From Catajapyx aquilonaris (taxonomy: Eukaryota), in contig KZ538529.1 in NCBI GenBank assembly GCA_000934665.2, forward strand, positions 1-64,000: 64,000 nt of DNA. The letters are read 5' to 3'. The notes under the pieces were generated by a model. The model did not search any database, was not told the DNA's origin, and saw nothing but the letters and a program-made list of their open reading frames with translations. Positions 1 through 14,100 of the stretch are shown here, piece by piece (the first letter of the stretch is position 1; the number at the start of each line of letters is the position of its first letter). The translations under genes and the position numbers were made by a program.

Positions 1-20
1 ATATATATATATATATATAT

Positions 21-383
21 ACTGTACCCCATTATCGGGCCATGGGCCCTTGTTAGGGGAGTGGGATACCACCATGTTTGGAACCGTACATAATGTGTAT
101 GTTTTAATTTTTTTTATTTTTTTCCTGTACCCCATTATCGGACCTTGGGCCCTTATTAGGGGAGTGGAATACCACTATTTTTGGGAACCATATAATATAA
201 TATATATGTTAATTGTTCCAAGGGTAAGTATAGGAGGGGATGTGCAAAGTGCAAGTACGCTGTCGTTAATTGGTCATTTTGTGAACTCCCCCGGGTGGCT
301 TAGTCTATCGGAAATTGCCACCCGAGACGAAGCCAGAGATGGCCCAACTCTGCACGAGATGAAGGGGGGAACCTCGGGCTGGA

Positions 384-384
<1 letters not shown>
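21..384 (-). mobile_element. SINE lacking its tRNA head, with a duplicated 3' tail
   Basis: Body matches the SINE at 57920-58301; two copies of the CCCCTAA..GGGGTA tail (128-162 and 25-59), followed by (TA)n. Confidence 0.7.

Positions 385-432
<48 letters not shown>
385..432. repeat. (ATT)n microsatellite, probably a retroelement tail
   Basis: Pure trinucleotide run; source of the poly-Y/N/I ORF artefacts. Confidence 0.9.
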
Positions 433-433
<1 letters not shown>

Positions 434-1153
434 GATGGGCCGCCTTTGGGAAAGTTGTGGGACACCTAATTGTAGGGACTCTATTGTTGTTTGCAGCACT
501 TTCGTGGTGCAGGGTGTTGTCCAGCACTGTTTCCTACTGTCTCACCAGTTTTTCAAGTTTTAATGATCACCCCCTAGCCTTTGTCGTCATTTGCGTGAAA
601 GATGCATTTCCTCCGGAATTACCAAACCTTCCTGCCAAGCAAACAATTTCGTTAAGAACAGATGACTTGCTCACCTGAAATTCCTTCTAGTCTAGTATCA
701 TCAAAAGTTGCTTAGTTGCATACCTGCATTAAGCCTACAACAATTTCATTCCAAGAAGCATTTCAAAAAGCAATTTGTAAAAATTACCCCGATATACAGG
801 TATGGTCAGGGTATGTCCATTACTCTAAAGTGATGGTTTTGATCCAAACAGTTGTGGGACACCCCCTTCTACTCATGCTATCTATACAGACTCATCATTA
901 TCTACAAAATATGAAACTATGGAGTCTACCCTAGCCATGCAAATTGACTTTGGAAACCTGGAGTGACGAATACCCTGGTAACTTATCACTAGCAGCAGGG
1001 CTCCTTACCGACTACTTAGCGAAGAGGCCCTGTTGGAAGTGACCCAGAGACGCGAGGCTCTGGCGACCTTGATAAAAGTCCAACCGGGGAAAAATGATCA
1101 CTACTTTCACTACACAAATTAATATGAATAAGATTACTATAAGTGTCTCATTA

Positions 1154-2156
1154 CTGTATGGTTTACCCCTATAACGAAAATCCGCTTATAACGGATTTTT
1201 TTTTGTGACCATCGGAGGCCCAATATAAACTCATGTTAAAAATATCCGCTTTTAACGAAAGGATTTTCGGTTCCGGTTCACATAGAGGGAAAAAAATTTC
1301 GCTCCTCCCGTCCCATGTCTCGGCTGAAAAAGGGCGGAAGTTGGCAAATCGGGCCATAAATCATCATTTGTGTGTTCAGGATTCAACCTCTTTTCACACA
1401 TTCCGTCCAAAATTAATAATTTAGGGTCCTAATGGAAGGGAACGGATTCTCTGGGAGGGGGGGGGGGGGTGTGCGTCGGGCAGTGACTCAGAGCTGCCGA
1501 CAGGATTTATTGCTAGCACGAGGGCCCCCCAGGGTAGGAGGCATGTGGCTGTCGGGACCACATGTGGGGGCATTTATCCCCTTGGCTGATTTGGAGTGCC
1601 GTCTGGTGGCAAGAGTTCTGTAAGGTATATAAGGCAGGGGGGGGCTTCCTGCCAGGAGCTCTCTCCTGTCATCTGTTCACTCCAGCAATACACTGATTTA
1701 ACCTCCTATCGGACTCTTATTCCCACGCCCTGCGAGACAGCTAGGGGGTCAGGTCAAGGGTCCTGACATGGTTAAAACCTGGGAAAATTCATCGGAAATT
1801 TGAGCAGCAAAACGAATCACATGTGGAACGGAATTCCTGGACGCGGACTTATCATATGCTGCCTAAAAGGTGGGATGCGGGCGTGAGCGGAAAAGGAAAA
1901 GTGCCTGGCATGCATCTGGTGCAGTCCTCCGGTGTTTGCTGTAGCTTATTGTCGTCGCGTGTGCGCCATGCTTTGTGAGATAATCTAATTTAGCATGGAA
2001 GAATTTCTTTACTATTTTTCCCGCTACCAGGGCTTAATATAACACCTAAATATCGGAAAAAGTGAGGTTTAAACGCGTTATTTTTAAATAACGAAATTCG
2101 CATACAATGAAAGAAAATTTGGTTCCCTTCATTTTCGTTATAGAGGGATTCGACTG
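1154..2156. mobile_element. pogo/Tigger-like MITE (nested LTR inside)
   Basis: Ends share inverted ctataacgaaaa; right end ...gagggattcgactg|ta; related end at 20755-20899. Confidence 0.6.
1373..1768 (+). mobile_element. Probable LTR of an LTR retrotransposon
   Basis: TG..CA termini with short inverted ends (tgttcagga/tcctgaca), TATA-like tatataagg at ~1626, followed by a TGG-starting PBS-like sequence. No clean TSD. Confidence 0.5.
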
Positions 2157-2761
2157 TATTATATGCAAAATATTGCTTAGAACCCGATCTAACTAATTAC
2201 TAAATTCCGAGAGTTGAGCTAGACTTCATACAATCTCTCTCATTGAGCATAGAACTTTTTCCTATATGACAGCCTGAAGATGACGTCATATGGAAAAGTC
2301 TGGCAAAGCACTTGAGCATGTGATTTTTGTGGTGCATTCTGCATTTTTTGCTTGCGAACATGGCGAAACCCGTATTCACTTACGACTTATAGAATTTCCG
2401 CAATAATTTCTCAAAGTTCGTATCCATCTAGGACGGATCCGGTGGCCAGAGGGTTAAGTGCAATTGATTCATGGTTGTGTTCATTATTTAAAAACTGGAA
2501 GTGAAAATTGATCTACCATAACTACAAAAATTACAATAAAATTAAGAAATATTGATAACACCTTTGACCACTTAAAAGTCAAATAACTGCTAATGTTACA
2601 TTCCAACCATCATATTGCAGTTTTGGTTGCCTCTTTTGTACAGTAATATTAGTTTCACCCTTCTAGATAATAGCATTGTGCACCAACTGCAAACTTTGGG
2701 AAAAAAATTTAATCACACTTCTCTCATTTATTAACCAGAATATCCCAACTAATTACACAAC

Positions 2762-2978
2762 TTACTGGGTAATCTTGTGCTGGGTAGGTGGTGAAGTGTG
2801 CTGCTTAACTTGGGGCTCTTCCAACTTAATGTGTTTTGGCTCTGGAGGGGCATCTTCAGATGACTGGCTGTCCTCACCACTGCTATTTGGTGCTACTTTT
2901 GAGGTTGTAGGTCTACCCCTCCTGCTGCGTATTGTGTGGCAGAGGCTAGACCCACTTTCTTGGCTGCTCTCATCTTGG
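2762..2978 (-). CDS. PDS5: PDS5 C-terminal exon 20 with an AT-hook-like RRGRP motif
   Basis: ttcag|QDESSQESG...RSRRGRPTTSK...HKITQ then TAA, which overlaps a gtaagt donor. RGRP motifs are known from PDS5B tails. Confidence 0.7.
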
Positions 2979-5900
2979 CTGAAGCATGAAATGGTAGAGA
3001 ATTGTTATGTAAACCCTGAGTAACAGCCACACTTTATATCATTCCAAGGAAGCATTTCAAGCGACCGTAGAACCCCAATTATCCGACTCCTCGGTTTATC
3101 GTACCGTCCCGCTCCAGCAATAAATCTGTTTTCTCATCAAATACTGTAATACGAGCCTACTAAGCATTTGTTTTGTATTGCCTTAGTTAAATTTTAAACA
3201 GCCAAGGGTGTATGTAAAAGATAAATACTTCACAATAATTCTTAGAAAACCATGATATTGTACATTATTTCATGATTTGTATGTTTTTTGTTGTGTTTCA
3301 CTGAAGTTTCATTTGCTTTTTGCATTAGCTGACCTTTTTTCTGTTATCCGACCATGCCCAGGTCCCATTGGTGACAGATAATCGGGGTACTACAGTATTT
3401 AGGTGCATCAATTCAAAAAGCTGCTTGTTCCCTTAATGGAAAATTTCACGGAAAGTGACAGAATATTATTCTTGGTTGCATTTTTCACATATCTAGGGGA
3501 TGAGGCTGCATATGTACATTCCTACTTACTGGACTACTTACTAGTAGTGAAGTAATTGTAGTGCCTAGATGGGGGGGGGGAAAGGAGAAATTACTTTCTA
3601 GGGGGGCCCGATGTGGCTAAGGTTGAGAACTGCTGCCCTGGCCCATGGATTTTCATTGACATTTTCAAAAAATAAATACCTGTGCCGCGCTTATGATTGA
3701 TTCACCTAGAACGAGGGGATCGACCACACACATTTAATAACAACATTTCCTATTAAGATTAATATTTTCATGTAATGTTTTATCCATGACATTTAAAATC
3801 CATAACAGAATACAATGATTTATTGGTGATTAATAAAATTAGTCATTATTTTCTTAATACTGTACATATGCTACATTCTATCAGATCCATCGCTCCATTC
3901 TATTTTGAGTCTATTTTTATCTCATTGAAAAACTTTTTCGGCTAAAGTTCCTGTCACCGAAAAATTTCACAGAATTTCATTTCACCGAGTTTTCTTTCAC
4001 CGAGTTTATCGAGAACCATCACAAATGTGAGCTCACCTAGCTTCTGCCTGCCGGGTCTGCCTGCTGCTCCTGCGCGTGGCAGCCACCAGCTCTTCTGACT
4101 CCAGTGTCCCCAGATCCCTGTGCTGCAACTGGGCAGATGGGCCTTGGTACCTGTTGGTGGCCCGGTTTAAAACTAACGGCTGATCTGGAGGTGTATCCTC
4201 CTCATCCTCTCTTGGCTCTTGGCTCCCATCCTTTTGGCCTGGCTCAATAGCCAATGGGTCCTGCTGCGTGACAGTTTTCTGCTGGGCTGCCTTGCTCCTC
4301 AAGCCTGACTTAATGGCAGTTTCATCTTCTCCACTGCTGTGTTCACCCAGGTTGTCTCCTTCCTGAAAAATTATCGCTTTTATTGTTACTCAGGTTTTTT
4401 TTTAAATGGCATGTCTACAAGCAGCCAATCAAAATGAGGCAATAGTTTGAGGGCCAGGACAGATATACACACATGCAAGTAGAGATGACTTCAAGTTGAG
4501 ATTTTGTTAAAGGGAAAGGGTGAGTTTCACTCTCAGCTTCTTGTGACATTATCTTCGTTTCTGATTTTATCTCCCATAAAAATAGCATCAATGTCTCACT
4601 TTACATAAGCACATATTTCCATTCAAATTCAAGTTTGTATTTAACCAGACCCAGTTCATTTCTAACAGTGGAATAAAGCTTTACGCTATTATTACGTTTC
4701 TTTGCAAGCATGAAAATTTCCTTGCACTGCCTTTATGGCAGTGACTCAAATTGATATTTTTATTGCCCTCCCTCATTTATAAAATATTATTCAAAATAAA
4801 TACAAAATAATTCAAACATAGCTGGGAACAAAAATAAATAAATGTAAATGTAAAGTTATACTTTCTTGTCCTTTCCAATGCAACTAGGATGCCAACATGC
4901 TACAAATAACACATGGTTTGATGGAAGTTACAGCATGTATTTTTCCCCTCAAATCCCTGTACATGAAGTGCAGATTGTGTCAATGCCTGTCAAGTTTTAA
5001 GACACTATATTTCATTGCTGTCAATTGCTTGCCAACAATTAATAATAGGAAGTTAAAAGTTTACAAGCAATGACACAATCAGCCTTCATAGTGTAGAACT
5101 CAAAGTAGTTTTGTAGGGTAAAGTAGGTGGTAGGCTAACTTGACATATATATGGGAATGTTTCCTCCCACCCAACTCAACCCTCTTCCCCAGATTTCACA
5201 ATGGGAACATTATTTTGTTTGCCAAAGACCTGGAACGCTGATGTCACAAACTATGGCAGCATCCAGCTGAATTCAAAGCACAAATGGTGCATTGAACATG
5301 TCTTGTGACTTGTCAATTGCCATGTTTGGTGTCCGATCAGTCGGATCTTCTCCGCTCCCGACTTGCATTGCCTACAGTCATGTATCAGATCTAAGCAATG
5401 TTCAGAGTAAAGTCATGGCAACAAGATCAAAATTCACATAATTTCTTCTACCATGTTAGTGTCCCTATATCCCATGACATCAGGTCTCCCTCTCTAGAAA
5501 TATGAAGACCAAAAAGACACTCCCAAATATGCATTCCCATGGCCAGTCAATAAGGGAGGAAAAAACTCAAATGGAAGGATTTTCATTGAAAGTCAGTAAA
5601 TTCATAAACCATTACTGCACTCTGCATTCGATACACTTGCAATTGTTCTTAATATAATTTTTAGTTCTCCCAACTCAGAATCTGGTACTAATTCAATTTG
5701 GTTTTTGACGCAGGAAGTGTGGTTCGACCCTGATAGACAAATGAGCCCCAAGCCCGCAGATTATTTGCAGGTGCTTTAATCTGCATGGCCAACACACTGT
5801 TGCCCTGTCAACTTGCCTTCAAACAAGTTATTTTCCCCCCCACTAACTACATACACAGCCCGATTGTTAATAGCTCCTATATCCCCAACCAAGGCTCATT

Positions 5901-8110
5901 CAAACGACAAAAATCCTTTTCTTTTTCAGGGGTCAAAATATTCCGATGCAAAAGTGTAATTTGCACTCAAAAATTGTTAACTGCACTCCAAACTGAGCCT
6001 TGGAGTGCAAAGTTTGAACTCCAGTTGGTCCTGCTCTGACAGGACTAAACCCAGTAATTAAAAATTAAGCACTCCAAGAGTAATTTGCACTCTCGATGAA
6101 AGTCTGGAGTGCAAACATAGCACATGAACAATTTTTTAAAGATTCAGCCCTTGCTTTTGCATTAATAATCCTTGTGGAGCGAGACGCCTTTTAAATAAAG
6201 TCAGGTTAAACCACAAGACAGCAATCCGCCCTCAGTAATTGAATTGATCACTGCCCAACATATTACACAAAATATGAAAATAAGTTATTTGATACAATCT
6301 GATATTGTAGGTAGCAATAAATTGGTTTCATCCTAGGAATGATGACTGACACCTATTACACAGTGAAATAAATGCAAAAAATCATATTATTTGATATCAA
6401 CATGGAACATCTGTGCCACATTACATGCATCTGCACTGAAAAATGCAGTGCATTTAAAAAGTTGAGCTAACATTTGTATCTATGGATGTGTCACCATACA
6501 CTAACAAGTTGCATTGATCTCCTGACTACAAGGTAGGGGAAGAGAGGGGAGTAGCACATAGGGAGGAAGCACCTTTGGTTCATTTGCTCAGTCAGCTTGT
6601 AATTGGCAGGTACTCCCAGGCACAAGTGTACAACCTTGACACAGGGGTCCACAACCGCTCCACAGATATAAATGCAAGCTACATTATTGTATAACCATGT
6701 GTTACCTGTCAAACTGAACCTCTACAATCTACACTCACAACACAGTCGAAAATCAACAGTGTAAAGAAAACGACAATGATGACAAATGATGATAATGATG
6801 ATGATAATGATGAAGATGATAATAACAATAATAATAATCAACAGTAAAAACAATGATGATGGTGATGTTCAAACCATAAAAAACAATTCCCTGAAAGTAC
6901 TGGAATGTACTAAAATACCAGTAGTCCCCAGATTTTATAAATAATGATTTCTATTCATTCTTGGGCCTTCCAAAATGTGTTAACCCTTTATCTCCCGCTA
7001 TCCTGACTCTCAGGATAGCAAAAAAAAATTGTCGTATTTCGAGTGTCAAAGTCCCGATGTTAATGAGTGAGATGTCGATGGAATCGTTACAATATAAGAC
7101 TCATGTGACAAATATTTGATGTTTTTATGTAAATACTTTGGTTGTAAAATGTTGATGCGAAAAAGTGCAAAAGACCATTATAGATAATGGCTCTTATTGC
7201 AATAATGTTATACAGGGTGAAGGGAAACTCGCGGACAATCGCCAGGTAGACTTACAGTACTTGTAAAACTAATGTAGGGATGTGCAATTAGTTTTGGGTT
7301 CGGTTGTGTAGTTAATGTGTACGGCGCCATCCAAGTTTCTTGACGTCACATCCATTCTGCCAGCTGCGAAGAAGGAAAAGTCAGCTCGAGGGCCTCCGAA
7401 CAATCCAGCCTTGGTCCCCTGACTCATCGCCCATGTGCAATTGGTGATCAAATCCCGTCAGAGTAAGAATCCGGGTATGACACCAGTGCACTTTGTCATT
7501 TTTACCTCATATTTTACCATTCGGCCCTCTACACTTTAAAGATGCCGTATACATTAACTACGCAACCGAGCCCAAAACTAATTGCACATCCCTATATTTG
7601 TTTTACAAGTACTGTAAGTCTACCTGGAGATTGTCCGCAAGTTTCTCTTCACCCTATATATGGAGTGAAAAACTATTTGTGTGTATGACTCAAGTCCTCT
7701 TCTATACATTGCACAAGTTTGACATTTTCACGTCCACCTATAAGACGGTAAAAAAGAGAGGCTGAGGATTCGATTATGGTTGCCTGCACTCGTGTCCAAT
7801 TCAATGCAGCGTTGCCTTATTTTTCCTTCCTATACACTAAAATTACCCATGAAGGGGAGGTGTGGTGGCCGTGATGGTAACGTCTCGGCTTGCTGAGTGA
7901 AAGGCCCCAGGTTCGATCCCCGCCTGGGGAACTTTCCTTTCACCTGCGTCAGGAGGGTCTCTGACCTGCACCAAGGAGGTGTCTGGCAACCTAACCTCCT
8001 GGGGAACAGCACATGACCCATTTGTAGACATTGCACTTGCACCTATGTGGTGAGCCACCCTCCAAAGAGGCCTTTGATGCCTAGCACGGGGTATTAAAAA
8101 AAAAAAAAAC

Positions 8111-8145
<35 letters not shown>

Positions 8146-11100
8146 CCATGAAAACGTTTTGGAGTCCACGCTAATAATTGAACCCCTCCCTCGAAGAATG
8201 CCGGATCTCCAATTTATTGTTTGAAAAGTTGTGAGCCTACCTGTGAAGGAGTTGTTCCAGGTGAATGCCACTTCCCTACGTAGTTCTGCTGGAGAGTGAT
8301 ACACTTCTCCCAGCAGTGGTCCAGCTTTGTATCTCATCGCAAAAAATTTTTTGAAATATTTTAGGTACGCCCTTCTTTGATAAATGGAATCGCTTCCTCG
8401 AAGAAGGGCGTATCTATAATAATTTTTTCCCTGCGAAGAGACGCAAAGCTGGACCACTGCTGGGAGAAGTGCATCACACTCCAGGGGGGCTATGTAGAGA
8501 AGTGGTAAAGTACCATTCACCTGGGACAACTCCTTCACAGGTAGGTTCACTACTTTTCAAACAATAAATTGGAGATATGCCCTTCTTCGAGGGAGGGGTT
8601 CAATTATTGGCATCCTTTCGCTGCACTATGATGAAAAACAAGGCATAACAATGTATGCAATTAGCAAAAGCCCAAATACACGGCAGCCATCTTTGATATA
8701 GATTCCAACAATTCATTTAATGGCGTAATTTCTAAATTTCGCAATTGACTACCTAAATTGTAACGAATAGTCAAGAATTTCTTGAGGCTCATTGGGTAGA
8801 TGGTGAACGACTATGAAACACGGATGTAACATTTCGGGACATTGAATTTGGTACGTTACATCTGATTCATTGGAGAAAGTAATGCAAAAATGGAAAAAAA
8901 GTCACACCGTGGCCACATGTCAACAACCTTATGGCGGTAGATAAAGGGTTAAAACAGGACTTTTAACACCTGTCGAGCCAATGTGCATTGTAAGCAGAGG
9001 CAGTCTTATTAATAGTGGATATGTGCTAGTCCATGAACTGCCACATTTTTCAGTGGAAGTTGTAGCTACCAGTGTCAGATGAAATAGTGAGGCTAGGTTT
9101 GCCCCAGTGATTCTTGTGGTGTAATGGGTTTTTATTGCGGCAAGAAACGAGACAATCCCGAGATGGCCAATGCAAACATTGAGAGAACTCATCTAAACTC
9201 TACCTACATAAACATCCTCTGTCCAACCAGGGGATTGAACTTGGGACCTCAGAGGTGTTGCTAACCACTACACCATTTTGCCACCCATTTTTTTAAATGT
9301 GCATACATGGGTTGGGTGATGGGAAAAGTTGATGGATTAGTCATTCCCGGTGTGCATTTGAGCTCCATTCCAAATTCAGCACAAAGTTTGTGTGTCCATT
9401 TTCTTTTTCGTAAGCAGGCAACTTTCCCCAATAGCCAGAGGGGTAGCAAATCCATCAACTCTTCCCCGTACCCCCCCTTGTACTTTAGGTCCCGTCAAAT
9501 CAGGTAATACAATGGCAAGTGATTATTTTGGAAATATTATCCCTTTAGCCACTGGCTCCTTCTAACAGAAGCGCTGACACTAAAAAAAGACTGTGTTCGG
9601 TATAGAAACAAAGTACAGCACTTGAATCTTGCACTTGATCAGCACTTGATCTAGAAGACAGATTTGATCGTAATATAGTTTTGCTTCAATCCAACAATAT
9701 GACAGGAAAAACCTTCCCAATCCCAGTGTCTGTAACTAGGCATCCCCTGGGACTCGTTCGCATGATTGTTTCACCTACATTAGGGTAAAACCCAGTAATT
9801 GAGGTTTTTCCCCACCCAAGGCCAACCTGCAATGATGATTATCAGGCCAGATTCATGTAACAATACTTCAACTAATGAGCTTTCTTAGGTGCATAACACG
9901 ACACTGATTGATGAAGCCACACTCCTCCTGTACACAGTCATGCAGAGCTCCATGCACACAATAATGACCAATGACCAAATGAGCAGTGTGCCGATGTGCC
10001 AGTAGTGCATGCGCAGGCATTCCTGGTGGCCTTGATACTTAGGTATTTTGCTAATTTAAAAACAATTTCAGATATTCTCTGATTACGAGTGTTACAAAAA
10101 TTCTCACTTTTAAATACATATGTTAGGAATGAAAATTTTCTGCAGATTCTCCCCCATCAAAGTCCTATTTATGATCAGTAATGATTTTGTATTTTGATGT
10201 GGTTCCCTAACTCTTTGGCACTCTGCCATGTAGATTCCACCCATGTTGGCCTGTTTCAAGTTCCTCAAAAAATGTGCAAAAATTTTGTTCCAGAATCCCC
10301 ACAAATCTGACTCCGGCATTATATGGTTAATTTCATTATCTCGTCTGAATTAACCACTGGCAACAATAAAAAATCAGTCTTCTATTTTCACAATACAATA
10401 ATCATCTAAGGCAATGTTTCCCAATTGTGGGGTCGCGAGGAAGGGTAGCAAATAATTTTTATGATTCTCTCTCTCTGGAAAAATATGCCCGTAAATGAGA
10501 AGATGTGTTAATTTAGCCATTATTGTCATCGACTGGAAGTGGGGGGTCACGAATTATACGAGACGATTTTCTGGGGTCATCAATGAAAAAGATTGGGAAT
10601 CCCTATCCAAGGTTTTAGAACTCACCACTTCCCATGGTGATTGGAAATGTGAAAAAACTACAAATTTGCTCATTTCAAAGGGTGTTATAGGCATGTGTTG
10701 GCAGTGTGTACTAAAAACTGCCAATGTCAGCTGATCAATACCTCTGCAGGGAGGTAGCTAAACTAGGATAGCAGTGGTTGATGACAGTGACTCTATCGCT
10801 TCAGTCATAGCTGTTCGGAAGTATACTTCAAATGCTGAATTGGCAATAAAGATTCTCCTGAGAGACTATGGCTGAGATACCTGAAGTGAATGGAAATTAT
10901 GTGTCTGACATGGCTCCAGTCCTGCCTCCCCTTAGACATTACTGTTGATTGTCACTTTGGTTTGTCACTCTTGTATGTTTATTGGCAAGATTTGTTTAAT
11001 TATGGGCATCCCTCCAATGTTGAATGCTTTCAGCTGAACTTCAGCCAATATGATACTCTACTCTCTGGCAATGCAACTCTACAAAGTGCTACTTTCATCT

Positions 11101-14100
11101 CAGATCAAATCCACCTGTTAAATTACTTCAAATAATCAGGATAAACGGTGCAAAAATTATATGAACACAAAATATAATATGGACTGATAATGGCAAAAAA
11201 AAATTTGTTAAGTACTCTGTCTTGACCAGCCTCATCAACAATCAACATCCTCCTCCAAACCCCCTCATATAACCTCAAGATCTTTACTCGATTCATCACC
11301 CAAAACCCCAGTTAATACAGGGCATGATTCAAAGGCAAGTAAGTGATGAACCTAGCACAAAAGAAGCCCAAGTGAAGTAACTGAGAAGGTGAGGTACAAT
11401 GTGATCAACTTCCGTCATCCATCCCACCCCGAGTGTTGTTGTAAGAATTACCCTCCAACTGGTATTTGCCACAGCAATGATACCATTGCCATTTCCAATG
11501 CCAATTATTGCAATACTACAATCAAAAGGACAGGACTTTCACTTTTCATCTACCATTATTATTAGGGACAACCTCCTCTGCATGTTATGGCAGTTCATGG
11601 CAAAAACAATCCTGGAGAAGATCTCTTACAGAGGAAACTAGGCATTTCAAATACTGTTTCATTTTCTTATGTCCTCTTTCACCAAGCTACAAAATAAAAT
11701 GCTTCCTGAATCACCCTCACGGCAAAGATTGCTTGAGATTAAGCTATGCTTTAAAAGAATGGACCTTTTGGTGAAGTACAGTGCACTATACCTAGGGTAG
11801 GGAGTCAAATATCCTTTTTTTGACTTACACATGATTTGCCAAGACTTAGATATTACTCCCATATGCACCTTAAGGCAAAGCTTACCAATGTTAGTGAAAC
11901 TCACCGGAAGAGCATTCTTACCTACAAGTACACACACTCATTTCTATTTCAAAAAGCTGAATTATTAGGATATCAAGAATGATACTGGTAAAGATTTCTT
12001 TTCATTCTGGATGGTCATAAAAAACTTATTGAATTTACCTCCAGCCCAGGGATCTGGACTTGGGTGTCCTGTATCTCGGCCGGCTTGCAAATACAAGAAG
12101 GAGTTGCAACACAGTCACATTAATACTTTCTTTCTCCCTTTTCTCCTATAAGATAAACCAGACCAAGGTGAAACACACTCTCCCCAGCCTTTGATCCTTA
12201 CCTGCACATCAATTGAAGAGGCACGTTCCTCGCTCTGAAAGGCAAGCAAAGTTTTGGGAGTTAGGGTTAGTGCACCAAGGCAATGAAGAAGAAAAAATGA
12301 ATTAATTCACCCAGTGGCAAAAGGCATTTCAAGTATCAAACTGAGCAATATTAGTTTTCAAAAATCCTTACCAATGGCAGTAATGCACATATGTATAAGA
12401 TGTAGACAAGAAGAAAAAAATTAAACTACTCAGATTCTCTCTGTAATGCACATACACTGCTCTACTGCAACCTCTGGATTGCCCAATGAAATGACATAAC
12501 ATGACCCATTAGGTAAGGCAACCATCAGTTAAATTATTACATGAACCTTTCAAGGAATAATACCAAGACATCACACTTACAATCGGAGAACATTATTGGA
12601 ACATTTGAAGCACAACTTTTCAAGGTAACAAGTACAAATCAAAAAATAGCAAGTCAAGTTAACTTTCAACCTTTTACCAGCACATTTTTCTGAACACCTA
12701 CATAAGTAGGGCAGCTGGAGGCTGAGGGAAGAGACAAGGCCTGTATGGGTGATTGGGGCCACAGTACAGTAGCCTGTATTAATGGCTATGTACAGACATC
12801 GCCACCCGTCCAAGAACGAGTGGAATTAGGCGTCGGTGGGCTGCGTCCAAAATACTTAGACAACTCAAGATATCGCGATTGATTCAAACGCTTGCTACAA
12901 AGATGGATCACAGCGGATCACAGATATATCTGTGGGATGAATTATAAGGCCATTCAATAAGGCCTGTCAATGTATTGAGGTTGTGAACCAGTTATTACAC
13001 GGGCCACGCATATACCTGTTAATCCACCGCGATATCTGGAGCCGTTGAGAGCTGTCTCGTGAGCAGTCTTGAGATCAAAGTATTTTGGACACAGGTGACC
13101 GACGCCTAGTTCCGCTCAATCCCGCCAGGTGGCGATGTCTGTGCATAGCCATTAATGCAGGGTACTGCACTAAACACATCATTGAAATATGACACCTAAA
13201 TGCTGTAACCTACACATTTCCTCACTTTTCCTAATATTAATGTTATTGGGTGCCATTTTCATCATTATGTCTCTGCCACTTAGCTTTTTTATTTTGTGCA
13301 GAGATCTAGGGTGGGTGCAAAGCACTTTCATGGTAGCAAGTATTTTGATGCAACTTGCCTGAGTCAGAATACCTGCATCATTGCCATTTACGAAAAGAAA
13401 GGGTCATGGATGGCTGGCTGTATTTAGAATCCAGATGACCATTTCATAAATAACTGCATGCTTTCAAAATAATATTCTTTCCCCCCCCCCCCCCAAATTT
13501 TATGAAGTGATCATTAAGTCGGGCCATTTTTGACCGGGTGTAATCCCTTGTTGCTTATGCATAATATTTTGNTTTACAGAGGCCAAATAATCTGCCACCC
13601 TGTTGTGAGATATACAGTAAACACCCTCTGGCAGGGATGGAAAAAAGAAGCGCTTCTTGGAAGGAAGAGGTTCTTTTTCCATCCCTGCCCTCTGGGCAGT
13701 TACTCAGGGTGTTCCAAGTTCGCAGGTCCTTTTTAGTTATCACTAAAATAGTCTGCTGAAGTAGTTATTTTTGGGTAGCTTGTTGCACCCCGATCGAGGT
13801 TCCCCCCATTACTACCAGGTGGTCAAATGTAGCAGTTGCTATAGAATAGGGCACCTGGATGAGGTGCAACTGGCTACAAAAAAATAACAGTTCCAAGCGA
13901 AATTTCCTACAACTAAAAGTGCTAACATACTTGGAACACCCTGTATAAGTTGACTTCATTTTGTAGCCTGTATCTATAGAAAAGACCTTTACAATCCATC
14001 CAGTCATTATGCGGCTTACCCTTTCAGTGGTGTCCAAGGTTTTCCCCTTGCCCCTTCTTTTGGCAACAGGAGCTGCACTTGTCTTGGACTCCACAGTCAC

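Noticed and set aside
2253..2300. CTGAAGA...GAAA hammerhead-like words
   Set aside because: They fall within a simple hairpin and the spacing does not fit a hammerhead fold.
7843..8550. 235-aa ORF on the minus strand
   Set aside because: It runs through an inverted repeat, an (AAT)n tail (poly-Leu) and an antisense SINE; no protein-like signal.
11100..11114. Possible alternative PDS5 terminal exon (VDLI*)
   Set aside because: Only a moderate acceptor supports it; cannot be told from chance.
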